Virus record (IMG/VR): IMGVR_UViG_3300025018_000077
Coordinates: 1-34,811 of that record
DNA from: a virus
Lineage: Duplodnaviria > Caudoviricetes
DNA: 34,811 nt
Reading direction: 5' to 3' (one strand)
The position numbers were made by a program, and so were the translations under genes. Below are positions 17,994 to 26,171 of this stretch, in pieces (position 1 is the stretch's first letter; every line of letters begins with the position of its first letter). The notes beneath the pieces were generated by a model. The model made no database searches and had not been told where the DNA came from. It worked only from the letters and a program-made list of their open reading frames with translations.

Positions 17994-18022
17994 ACCCACC
18001 GAATAACACCGGTGGGTTTTTT
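17994..18022 (+). terminator. Intrinsic terminator/attenuator in the early leader
   Basis: ACCCACCG-aataacac-CGGTGGGT followed by a T-run. Confidence 0.8.
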
Positions 18023-18028
18023 GTTTGA

Positions 18029-18092
18029 TATAAAGCTTTGTTTGTACAGTCTCTCAACAAGATTGTGGTCCCCACCAAAACAAGGCTTTATA
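18029..18092 (+). ncRNA. Candidate structured antisense RNA (double stem with loop and bulge)
   Basis: 15-bp outer stem 18029-18043/18078-18092; inner stem 18045-18052/18060-18067; bulge TCCCCACC is complementary to 17867-17874. Confidence 0.5.
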
Positions 18093-18264
18093 CGAGCCAA
18101 GGAGCTCACGGCTTAGAGGAGGCATGATCTAGTTATCTCAGGCAATCACCTAGACCCGCTCGATATATCGCGGATTATGCCCCCAACAAAGTCATAAAGG
18201 TCGTTCATTAAAAATAAATTCTACACATAGGACTAGCGCCATGTGATAGATACAAGGAAAAAAT

Positions 18265-18525
18265 ATGGATATGTTCAAGCCATCACTTAACCAGATCAAC
18301 TGTCTTATGGACATGATCACAGACAGACAAAGAAAAATAGATACTTTGGTTGACATAAGTGATAGCGAAAAAATGTGGAATATATTAAGTAGCCTATCAT
18401 TTAGACAATATCAATACATCAAACATTTGGTGTTTGAAAACAAAAAAAAGAAGTTAAAAGATGTTTTGATAAACATCGGCTTCACAGATAATTCATCTGT
18501 CGGTTCTGCCGACATAAAAGAATAA
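18265..18525 (+). CDS. Hypothetical protein (first early gene)
   Basis: 86-aa ORF after the leader. Confidence 0.65.
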   Translation: MDMFKPSLNQINCLMDMITDRQRKIDTLVDISDSEKMWNILSSLSFRQYQYIKHLVFENKKKKLKDVLINIGFTDNSSVGSADIKE

Positions 18526-18530
18526 AATAT

Positions 18531-19553
18531 ATGTTCGAATTAAGAAAAGCAAAAAGAAGCCAAGCCAAAATAAGAATTGGTATGGCTGGTCCATCTGGTA
18601 GTGGTAAAACTTATTCAGCACTAAAGCTAGCACGTGGTCTAGTGAGTGATTGGGATAAGATTGTACTCATAGACACAGAAAATAAACGTGGTGATCTATA
18701 CAGTCATCTAGGTGGCTACAACATCATTACACTCGAAGCACCATTTTCACCAGAGAGGTTCGTAGAAGCAATACACTCATGTGAGCAGGCTGGTATGGAA
18801 ATGATCATCATAGATAGTTCATCACACGAGTGGGAGGGTGCCGGTGGATGTTTGGAAATTAACGAAAAATTAGCTGCCACAAAATTCAAAGGTAACACTT
18901 GGGCTGCATGGTCTGAGACTACACCAAGACACCAAAAATTCATCGAGGCTATTATTGCATCACCTTGTCACGTCATTACAACAATGAGATCAAAGACAGA
19001 CACAATTCAAACCGAAGACAAAAAAATTAAAAAAGTTGGTCTAAAAGAAATACAACGTGAGGGCTTCGAATATGAATTGACAGTAAGTTTCAATATTGAT
19101 AGAGACAATCACTATGTCACAATTGGAAAAGATAACACTGAAATTTTTGATAAGTTTGATCCTTTCATTATCACAGAAGAACACGGCAAATTGATAAGAG
19201 AGTGGAATGAAACGGGAGCCGTAGAAAAACCAACAGAAGAGCAAAACAAAATTTTTGCAGAACAGCTAAAACATTTCAATTTGACAAAAGAACAATGGAA
19301 TGAAAAAACAAAATCAAATTGGGATACCTTGCCAGAAAAGAAAGCTCAAGAATGGCTAAATGTTCAACAGAAGAAAATTGATTTGCTCGAAGCTGAAAAA
19401 GTGAAAGAGCCAAAATCAGAAAAAGAAGAAATGGAAGATTTGGCCAATAATCTAGGTGGCGAAATTGTAGTAGAAGAAGAAAGTACTGTAGCTCAGAAAA
19501 TGAAACAAGGAATGAAACAAGCCATTGAGAATGAGAAAGGAGAAAAGGTGTAA
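18531..19553 (+). CDS. AAA_24/Sak4-like P-loop ATPase (recombination)
   Basis: GPSGSGKTYSAL, LIDTE, IIIDSSSHEWEG and QREGFEYE motifs. Confidence 0.88.
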   Translation: MFELRKAKRSQAKIRIGMAGPSGSGKTYSALKLARGLVSDWDKIVLIDTENKRGDLYSHLGGYNIITLEAPFSPERFVEAIHSCEQAGMEMIIIDSSSHEWEGAGGCLEINEKLAATKFKGNTWAAWSETTPRHQKFIEAIIASPCHVITTMRSKTDTIQTEDKKIKKVGLKEIQREGFEYELTVSFNIDRDNHYVTIGKDNTEIFDKFDPFIITEEHGKLIREWNETGAVEKPTEEQNKIFAEQLKHFNLTKEQWNEKTKSNWDTLPEKKAQEWLNVQQKKIDLLEAEKVKEPKSEKEEMEDLANNLGGEIVVEEESTVAQKMKQGMKQAIENEKGEKV

Positions 19554-19555
19554 AT

Positions 19556-19759
19556 ATGTTTGCCAAAAAAGAAAAAGATTTGTCTATTTGGATATTTGCA
19601 CGCGAAACATTGTCTATGATTGGTGCTGTTATGAGAAAGCAAACCCGATATATTGATGAAAATGTTCTTAATCCACACCAGAGTGGTTGGAAAAAAAATT
19701 TGTCTGAAATAAGACAACAAGAACAACAACAGATTAAAAAAACTAATTCAAATCTATGA
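19556..19759 (+). CDS. Hypothetical protein
   Basis: Tightly packed ORF. Confidence 0.55.
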   Translation: MFAKKEKDLSIWIFARETLSMIGAVMRKQTRYIDENVLNPHQSGWKKNLSEIRQQEQQQIKKTNSNL

Positions 19760-20052
19760 AAACAGAATTAATGGAAGAGTATCAACACGTAGATATTCAA
19801 ATCAGAGAATTAACTAACAGAAAAAAAGAAATTAGTGAAAAAATATCACAGGACATGCAAAGGGATCAAGTAGATAAATTTGAAGCAGACTTTGGTAAAT
19901 TTTTTCTAAAAGCTGTGCCAACGTATGAGTATAGTGTCAATACTCAGTTAATGGAAAAAGAAATAAAAGAAATCAAAAAGCAAGAAATTGACACCGGGCG
20001 TGCAACGCTCAAATCAAACAAACTATCATTGTCGTTCAGACAGGCCAAATGA
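19756..20052 (+). CDS. Hypothetical coiled-coil phage protein
   Basis: ATGA-coupled ORF. Confidence 0.65.
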   Translation: MKTELMEEYQHVDIQIRELTNRKKEISEKISQDMQRDQVDKFEADFGKFFLKAVPTYEYSVNTQLMEKEIKEIKKQEIDTGRATLKSNKLSLSFRQAK

Positions 20053-20167
20053 TAGACGAAAAAGACCAATTCATTATGGATTGGTCCGGCTGAGTACACC
20101 TGATTGAAATATTTTATAAGATGGGTAGATCAATCAGTCAGCCGGACTAAATCATAATGTGTACTTT

Positions 20168-20752
20168 ATGAAAGATACTTACTATTTTTCCCATGACTAC
20201 AATGCAAGGGGGGATGAAAAAATTTTGAAACTTAGGATAGGAGAGGGGTGGAAAGGTTATGGGATATATTGGGCAATTATTGAAAAGTTATATGAAGCTA
20301 ATGGTTACCTTGATAAGGATTATACAACGATAGCTTTTGACTTACAGACAGATGAAGAAACTGTGCATAAGGTTGTGGAAAACTACGTATTATTTGAAGA
20401 AAAAAATGGAAAATTCTATTCAAAATCAGTTTTAAGACGTTTAAAAAATAAAAAAGAAAAGTCAGACAAGGCAAAGCAAAGTGCAAAAAGTCGCTGGAAT
20501 AAGCCTAATAATGACTATGCGAACGCATTGCCAACGCAGAGCGATAGCAATGCTATAAAGGAAAGGAAAGGAAAGGAAATAATATATAGTAAAAACAATC
20601 CAAAAAAATCTGTGTATAAAGACTTTGACCAATTTGAACTACACGACGGAACAATAGCAATTATGAATTGGGATAAGTGGGTAGATAAAAACAATACAAG
20701 TATAAATATTAACCGCGACGGGTATCCAGAATGTCCGCCGAATAACAAATAA
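20168..20752 (+). CDS. DUF4373 (Lin1244-like) putative replication initiator
   Basis: YFSHDYNARGDEKILKLR...GYGIYWAIIEKL; SAKSRW; ATG at 20168 preferred over the GTG at 20159. Confidence 0.8.
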   Translation: MKDTYYFSHDYNARGDEKILKLRIGEGWKGYGIYWAIIEKLYEANGYLDKDYTTIAFDLQTDEETVHKVVENYVLFEEKNGKFYSKSVLRRLKNKKEKSDKAKQSAKSRWNKPNNDYANALPTQSDSNAIKERKGKEIIYSKNNPKKSVYKDFDQFELHDGTIAIMNWDKWVDKNNTSININRDGYPECPPNNK

Positions 20753-20756
20753 TTTT

Positions 20757-21110
20757 ATGCAAGATATACAAGAAATTTTTACCAACGTGGAAGAAAAGAA
20801 AAAGGAGGTCAAGGAAATTAAGTCTAGTTTCAAAGAAGCTTTGGAAACTGTCCCAGAATATCAAGAGGTCCAAGAAAAAATAAAATCTCTATGTGAACAA
20901 AAAAAACGTATAGAATATACAATCAAAGAACAATTTTCAAAAGAAATTGAAAAAATAGAAGATCTAAAAATTGACATAGAGTCAGACATGGAAATGTTAT
21001 CAGATATTGCATTGGCAAAAATGGCTAAAGGGGAAAACTTGGAAGTATTCGATAAATACATGAACGAATACGAACCATTGTTCAAAGTAAATTTTAAAAA
21101 AATAACATAA
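20757..21110 (+). CDS. Conserved coiled-coil hypothetical protein, resembling a family I recall from CPR bacterial genomes
   Basis: MQDIQEIF...LKIDIESDMEMLSDIAL..M.KGE..EV.D.Y.NEYEP.F.V.FKK; recognition from memory, not searched. Confidence 0.6.
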   Translation: MQDIQEIFTNVEEKKKEVKEIKSSFKEALETVPEYQEVQEKIKSLCEQKKRIEYTIKEQFSKEIEKIEDLKIDIESDMEMLSDIALAKMAKGENLEVFDKYMNEYEPLFKVNFKKIT

Positions 21111-21115
21111 ATTTT

Positions 21116-21409
21116 ATGACGACCCAAAAAGAGCTTGTCCTCAAATGGGTGAAAGAACACGGGTATATTTTACCCGCCAAAATTTCGGGGACGGTTTATA
21201 AAGAAATAATGTTTGGATCAGAAACATCCAAGCGTTGTCGAGAGATGAGAAAAGTTGGAATATTAATCAGCAGATTATTCAAGGACAATCCAAAATTTGA
21301 GGTGTTTTATTTAGCTGGTGAGGTTGACGATAGAGAACTTAGAGAAAAATATCCTGTACTCTACAACGAAAAAGTCAAAGAAAATAGTTTCCAAACAAGC
21401 CTACTATGA
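21116..21409 (+). CDS. Hypothetical winged-helix-like protein
   Basis: TQKELVL...GSETSKRCREMRKVGIL pattern. Confidence 0.5.
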   Translation: MTTQKELVLKWVKEHGYILPAKISGTVYKEIMFGSETSKRCREMRKVGILISRLFKDNPKFEVFYLAGEVDDRELREKYPVLYNEKVKENSFQTSLL

Positions 21410-21828
21410 CACCAAAATTCAATGCCACAGTAGAAAAAAATAGACTGGTACTAGAAAACCCGCAAAGTTTCTCTATGTGGCTGACGAATTTGGTGGGTAA
21501 AAAAGTAGAGGTAATAGTCAAAAAAAAGAAAAAGAAAAGGTCCACAGGACTACCGGACGAACTAGGGAATCAAAACGGTTATTATTGGGCAGTAGTGTTA
21601 CCAATTTCAGCCAAGGGGCTCGGTTACACCATAGATGAAATGCACGAGATATTTATTGAGCTTTACGCGCCGTATACTGTTAAAAAATTCAAAGATAAAT
21701 TTGTAAATGTAAAAATCAGAACGTCAGAAATGGACACTCTACAATTCAAAGAATTTTTGGAGACAATCCAAATATCAATGGCAGAGCAAAATATAATAAT
21801 ACCGGATCCGGTAAAAATAGAAATATGA
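21406..21828 (+). CDS. NinB/Orf-like recombination protein
   Basis: KRS...QNGYYW, EMHEIF, RTSEMDT.QF..F and IPDP motifs. Confidence 0.7.
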   Translation: MTPKFNATVEKNRLVLENPQSFSMWLTNLVGKKVEVIVKKKKKKRSTGLPDELGNQNGYYWAVVLPISAKGLGYTIDEMHEIFIELYAPYTVKKFKDKFVNVKIRTSEMDTLQFKEFLETIQISMAEQNIIIPDPVKIEI

Positions 21829-21969
21829 GACAAAATAAAAAACATAGATGATTATGACATTATTGATATTCAAATTAAAAGATTAAATGTAATTTATTTT
21901 TTAAAATAATTTCTTCTTTCACTACATACCCGTGTAGTGGACAGAGGAAATTAACCAAGGAGACACTCA

Positions 21970-22149
21970 ATGCTCTGCTGTGAGATTTGTAACAAAGTTC
22001 TCGACTACCAGACGATGACGATCGACTCAGACTCCAAGACGGAGACTGTAACAATCGTCAAGGTCGCGAAGTGCTGTGACGAGAAGTACACGCTCATCTA
22101 CGAGCTGGACGATCGTATCTACCCATACGAGGAGGTGGAGAGTGGCTAA
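21970..22149 (+). CDS. Cys-rich microprotein 1 (59 aa), GC-rich cassette
   Basis: SD AAGGAG 21957-21962; MLCCEICNKVLDYQ...AKCCDEKY...VESG; absent from the ORF track. Confidence 0.7.
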   Translation: MLCCEICNKVLDYQTMTIDSDSKTETVTIVKVAKCCDEKYTLIYELDDRIYPYEEVESG

Positions 22150-22342
22150 GCTCATCTGTGGCTGTGGTCGTTTCATCCTTGAGGTGAAGAACGGCAGTGA
22201 CAACGAGTACATCGGCGAGTGTGTGGAGTGCAACACCACCCATCAAGGAGCCTACAACAACAGCTCTGCGTGGCGTGACAATCCGATCATCGTCAAGTAC
22301 AAGGAAAACCTGCAGAAGCCGAAACTGCGTGCTGTCAGATAG
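22142..22342 (+). CDS. Zn-ribbon microprotein 2 (66 aa), GC-rich cassette
   Basis: SD GGAGG then GTG; MAKLICGCGRF...ECVECNTTH. Confidence 0.7.
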   Translation: MAKLICGCGRFILEVKNGSDNEYIGECVECNTTHQGAYNNSSAWRDNPIIVKYKENLQKPKLRAVR

Positions 22343-22349
22343 GAGAAAC

Positions 22350-22556
22350 ATGGACGGCGTGACAATCAGTGACGAGTTCACCGAGAAGAAGATCGAGCAC
22401 TATCTGCTTGTCATCAGAGTACAAGTGGGAGTGCACTACATGGGTTGTGAGTGTGAGAGTGACGATTGCAAAGTCGTCTCAATCACCGAACACAGCCGAC
22501 ACATCGTGCAGATCTACTGTAGCCGTGGGCGCTACAGCTATCTGCCGAGGTTGTAG
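22350..22556 (+). CDS. Cys-rich microprotein 3 (68 aa), GC-rich cassette
   Basis: SD AGGAG then ATG; ...GCECESDDC...YCSRG. Confidence 0.7.
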   Translation: MDGVTISDEFTEKKIEHYLLVIRVQVGVHYMGCECESDDCKVVSITEHSRHIVQIYCSRGRYSYLPRL

Positions 22557-22607
22557 ACATACCAGTTCGGGGGAACTGCAGAAAAAATCCCCCCGTCTCA
22601 AAAAAAT

Positions 22608-22757
22608 ATGACTTACAAAGAATTTAAAAATGAATGTTTAAAATCTAGCTGGGGCAAAGTGGTATTTGTTTTATGGATGAATAACAAAATTTCTTTAGTA
22701 CCAGCTATGGATTTGTTACAAAAAAATCAAAATATTCAATTAAGTTTTAATCTATGA
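22608..22757 (+). CDS. Hypothetical 49-aa protein
   Basis: MTYKEFKNECLKSSWG...; ATGA overlap with the next gene. Confidence 0.5.
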   Translation: MTYKEFKNECLKSSWGKVVFVLWMNNKISLVPAMDLLQKNQNIQLSFNL

Positions 22758-22900
22758 AAAACATATATTCTGGAATAGGCTATGTCTTAATTCTAATTAT
22801 CGTTATTAGTTTGGCAGTATGGTGGGGAAAATATAAATATAATGATTGTTTAAAAGTTGGACACTCAAAAACTTATTGTATTTTAGATTTAGGTAAATAA
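22754..22900 (+). CDS. 48-aa single-TM membrane protein
   Basis: MKNIYSGIGYVLILIIVISLAVWWGKYKYNDC...YCILDLGK. Confidence 0.6.
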   Translation: MKNIYSGIGYVLILIIVISLAVWWGKYKYNDCLKVGHSKTYCILDLGK

Positions 22901-22904
22901 TTGT

Positions 22905-23180
22905 ATGAAAGAAATATGTATTTGTGCAGCAGTAAAATTTGAAAAAGAAGATGGTCAAACCTTGATTATAAGAGGACATAGGCACGCTGATTGTTTTTTG
23001 AATAAATATAATCGCCCAGATCAAAGACAATGGAAAGAAATAGAGCAAGGTTTTATCACTAGTGAAAATAGATTTGTCAGTAGAATTGACGGTAGAATAT
23101 TACAAGATTTAGCTGGTATAAAGTCAGTAAGTAAAGAGGGATATAGACACTATACTTTATTTAGTGAAGATTTATATTAG
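22905..23180 (+). CDS. Conserved phage hypothetical protein
   Basis: ICAAV, GHRHADC, QGFITSENRFVSR and LFSEDLY motifs. Confidence 0.75.
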   Translation: MKEICICAAVKFEKEDGQTLIIRGHRHADCFLNKYNRPDQRQWKEIEQGFITSENRFVSRIDGRILQDLAGIKSVSKEGYRHYTLFSEDLY

Positions 23181-23188
23181 CTAATTCT

Positions 23189-23335
23189 ATGAAAGAAATA
23201 TACCTTTGCGAGCGTTGCGGTAGCATGAGAGAAGTTCAGCGTTTCAAATCAAAGAAAAGACCAGTCGGACACGCAAAAACAATGTTTTGTATAAAATGTA
23301 AAAAGGATAAAAAATTTTATAACAGAAAAATATGA
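23189..23335 (+). CDS. bL33-like zinc-ribbon protein (48 aa)
   Basis: MKEIYLCERCGSMREVQRFKSKKRPVGHAKTMFCIKCKKDKKFYNRKI; CxxC-x23-CxxC, basic; absent from the ORF track. Confidence 0.65.
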   Translation: MKEIYLCERCGSMREVQRFKSKKRPVGHAKTMFCIKCKKDKKFYNRKI

Positions 23336-23619
23336 TAAAAGTATTGATAACCGCCGAAAATTTTAAAAAAATGGTTAAAAAGGAATTTGACATTAAACTT
23401 GAAAATAATTTTTGTGAAAAAATATCTCATGGAGAACCACTGGCCAAAGTAGTAAATAAAGAAAATGGGGAGGAAACACTATATCTTTTAAAAAAGATTT
23501 ACATCCAAAAATTTGATCTGAAATATAGTGCTAATCATAAAGTAAAAAAAGGAGGAGAGTTATTGATAAGTAGTTTGAAATTACCTAACGTACAAAAATA
23601 TTTAAAGAAAAAAGTATGA
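23332..23619 (+). CDS. Hypothetical protein
   Basis: ATGA-coupled ORF. Confidence 0.6.
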   Translation: MIKVLITAENFKKMVKKEFDIKLENNFCEKISHGEPLAKVVNKENGEETLYLLKKIYIQKFDLKYSANHKVKKGGELLISSLKLPNVQKYLKKKV

Positions 23620-23918
23620 AACAAAATTTTCACTCAAAATGGTTTTATAGGGAATGGGAAATATCTCAAAAATTAAGCCACTACGATTATGCTTTCCATT
23701 ATTTAAGAAAATCACTATTAAAAGGGTACGATGAAGATTATTTGTTGACAAGTGTTCAATATTCCGGTACCAAATTTGCGTCAGTTGGACTAAATAGTTC
23801 TGCTAAATTGTCCGGTAAAATTTCAGTAGAAATTAAAGGGAAAGGCACTGAGCATTTTTCAATAAGATTACTGCTAAGTGAAATTAAAAAGCACAAAAAA
23901 CAATTATCATTATTTTGA
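23616..23918 (+). CDS. Hypothetical protein
   Basis: ATGA-coupled ORF. Confidence 0.6.
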   Translation: MKQNFHSKWFYREWEISQKLSHYDYAFHYLRKSLLKGYDEDYLLTSVQYSGTKFASVGLNSSAKLSGKISVEIKGKGTEHFSIRLLLSEIKKHKKQLSLF

Positions 23919-24148
23919 AAAGTATGAAACAAATCACTATCACAATAAATAAACAGGATTTTGTGAAGTTTAGTGAAATAAAATATCCGGCCTTATATAC
24001 GCAAGCGGTCAAGATCAATGACCACCTAACAAGAGAAATTCACTCGCTGTTCGGGGTAGACCTAGATTATAGGCTGACTGACGAGAGGACGAGAGGTTAT
24101 AAGTTTTTACAAGATAATATTTTAAAAACATTATGTCAAAAAATTTGA
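23915..24148 (+). CDS. Hypothetical protein (start may be ATG 23924)
   Basis: ORF in operon. Confidence 0.55.
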   Translation: MKSMKQITITINKQDFVKFSEIKYPALYTQAVKINDHLTREIHSLFGVDLDYRLTDERTRGYKFLQDNILKTLCQKI

Positions 24149-24486
24149 CACCGCACGAGGATAAAGAACAGGAGGCTGTAGTCCAATATTTGGAAGCTAA
24201 AAAATTAAAATTTACAGCAATACCAAACAGCACTTACACAAAAAGTTTTAAACAAAAAATGAAAAACAAACGGATAGGATTGAGAGCTGGGCTGCCGGAC
24301 TTATTGATAATAATTAAAAACAAGCTTGTATTTATAGAAATGAAAAGGCAAAAGGGCAGTACGACATCATACGAGCAGAAAGAATGGATCAAAGCATTAA
24401 ACAATATATCACCTAGCATAGAGGCTCACATCTGTTATGGGGCTTCGGAAGCTATTGATTTAATAAAATTAATTTTTAAAAAATAA
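24133..24486 (+). CDS. VRR-NUC family nuclease (Holliday junction resolvase-like)
   Basis: E..EQ, IPN, GLRAGLPDLLI, FIEMKR and EQKEW motifs. Confidence 0.9.
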   Translation: MSKNLTPHEDKEQEAVVQYLEAKKLKFTAIPNSTYTKSFKQKMKNKRIGLRAGLPDLLIIIKNKLVFIEMKRQKGSTTSYEQKEWIKALNNISPSIEAHICYGASEAIDLIKLIFKK

Positions 24487-24535
24487 CTATTATAGAAGAA
24501 ACAAAAAACATTTTTTATTAATAATAATTTTGAAT

Positions 24536-25129
24536 ATGAATATAGAAAAACTTGTAAAAATAGTAGCCTCAAGAGCAAAAAATTTTGAGGAATTACAAAA
24601 AAGTGGTGAAAACTGGTTGAAAATGTTTTTAGAGAATGGTTGGATAAAAAAAGGGTATAGAATTTTAGACTATGGTGCGGGGTTGGGTCGTATTAGTATT
24701 CCATTTAGTAAAATTGCCGATGTGACCGCTGTTGACGGAAACAAAGAAATGGTTAAATTTTTGAAAAGCAAAAAAATAAAAGCGTCATGTTTAAGTAATC
24801 TTGATGATTTAAATTTTAATAAAAAATTTGATTTTATTATTTCAATTTATGTTTTGCAACATATTCACTTTCCAAACGCACAAAAATTAGTCACTAAAAT
24901 GGCAGAATTAACAGACACTTTATATTTTACATATCCTATAGAAGAAGACGGTTGTCCAGATAGTTATATTAACTATAAACAATCTTATGAAGTACCAGTT
25001 GAAGATAGTTCAGATGTTAGCAGAAAAATGAAACTTGAAGAATTACCTATTTTATTTGAACATAGTGATTTTGATCCAAATACTATAAAAAGATTATTTA
25101 GTAATTTGTTTGTAATAAAAAAAATATGA
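24536..25129 (+). CDS. Class I SAM-dependent methyltransferase
   Basis: ILDYGAGLGR, AVD and FDFIISIYVLQHI motifs. Confidence 0.88.
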   Translation: MNIEKLVKIVASRAKNFEELQKSGENWLKMFLENGWIKKGYRILDYGAGLGRISIPFSKIADVTAVDGNKEMVKFLKSKKIKASCLSNLDDLNFNKKFDFIISIYVLQHIHFPNAQKLVTKMAELTDTLYFTYPIEEDGCPDSYINYKQSYEVPVEDSSDVSRKMKLEELPILFEHSDFDPNTIKRLFSNLFVIKKI

Positions 25130-25647
25130 AAAAAGAAATAGCGCTAGAAAATCTTAAACTACTCACAAAAATACTAGGTAGAAAATTCTGGCTAGATTGT
25201 GGAACATTGCTCGGGGCAGTCAGAGAAAAGGACTTCATCGAACACGATACAGACATCGATGTCGGAATGTTGGAGGAAGAATGGGAAGATAAATATTTGG
25301 CATTATTTGAAAATGAGGGTTTCAAAATAAAAGTGTTGGGTCCAAGAAACTATGGAATGCAAATATCAATGAAAAGGAAAGATGTCAAAACTGATATTTT
25401 CCTTTATTTCAAGGAGGGAGGTGAAAGGTTTTTTGCATGTTGGTTGAATAAAGGGCAATTTTTGGAAGACATAATCAAGATGTCATATCCGGCATATCAT
25501 GTAGAACAATTGGAGATTCTAAAATTCAAAGGGGAAATCTACAACGTGCCGTCTGATTATCAAAAATTTTTAACTCAACGCTATGGTGACTGGTCAAAAG
25601 TGGATAAACAATTTCGCTGGGATACTTCACCAAAAAATATAAAGTAA
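25126..25647 (+). CDS. LicD/fukutin-family phosphotransferase
   Basis: FWLDCGTLLGAVRE.DFIEHDTDIDVG, DIF and L..RYGDW motifs. Confidence 0.92.
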   Translation: MKKEIALENLKLLTKILGRKFWLDCGTLLGAVREKDFIEHDTDIDVGMLEEEWEDKYLALFENEGFKIKVLGPRNYGMQISMKRKDVKTDIFLYFKEGGERFFACWLNKGQFLEDIIKMSYPAYHVEQLEILKFKGEIYNVPSDYQKFLTQRYGDWSKVDKQFRWDTSPKNIK

Positions 25648-25649
25648 TT

Positions 25650-26171
25650 ATGAACAAAGAATACTGGGATAAATACTATAAAGAAAAACATACAGATATT
25701 TTGAAGCCGTCACCATTTGCCGTATTTTGTAAGAGTTGGCTGGCAGATAATCCAATAGAAGACGCTTTTATTGTAGATATTGGGTGCGGTAATGGCCGTG
25801 ATATGTATTACTTGGGTGCTATTGGATATGATCAATCGTCATCAGCCGGTAATTATAAAAAAATCAGTGATGTAAATTTGGAACACTTCGATGTCGTCTA
25901 TGCAAGATTTGTAATCCACGCTTTGACAGAGGAAGAAGAAAAACAAATCTATGATCAATCAAGTGGCTATTTGATGATTGAGACTAGAAGCGACAAGGGA
26001 GTTAGACCAGACGAAACACACGAAAGACGACTTACTAATTCAGATGAACTTATCAAAAAACTAGAAGACAATAATTTCAAAATAATTTATTTCGTCGAGG
26101 GTTGGGGATTGGCTCCACACAAAGACGAAGACCCTGTTTGTGTAAGGGTAATAGCCAAAAAACAACTATGA
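25650..26171 (+). CDS. Class I SAM-dependent methyltransferase
   Basis: YWDKYY, PSPFA, VDIGCGNGRD and VYARFVIHA motifs. Confidence 0.88.
   Translation: MNKEYWDKYYKEKHTDILKPSPFAVFCKSWLADNPIEDAFIVDIGCGNGRDMYYLGAIGYDQSSSAGNYKKISDVNLEHFDVVYARFVIHALTEEEEKQIYDQSSGYLMIETRSDKGVRPDETHERRLTNSDELIKKLEDNNFKIIYFVEGWGLAPHKDEDPVCVRVIAKKQL

Noticed and set aside
20558-20579. GGAAA pentamer repeats as origin iterons
   Set aside because: They encode the low-complexity KERKGKE linker common in these initiators. An origin role cannot be supported from sequence alone.
22076-22611. Track ORFs 22076-22342, 22197-22556 and 22369-22611 as given
   Set aside because: SD positions support starts at 21970, 22142 and 22350; the longer or alternative frames are by-products of high GC.
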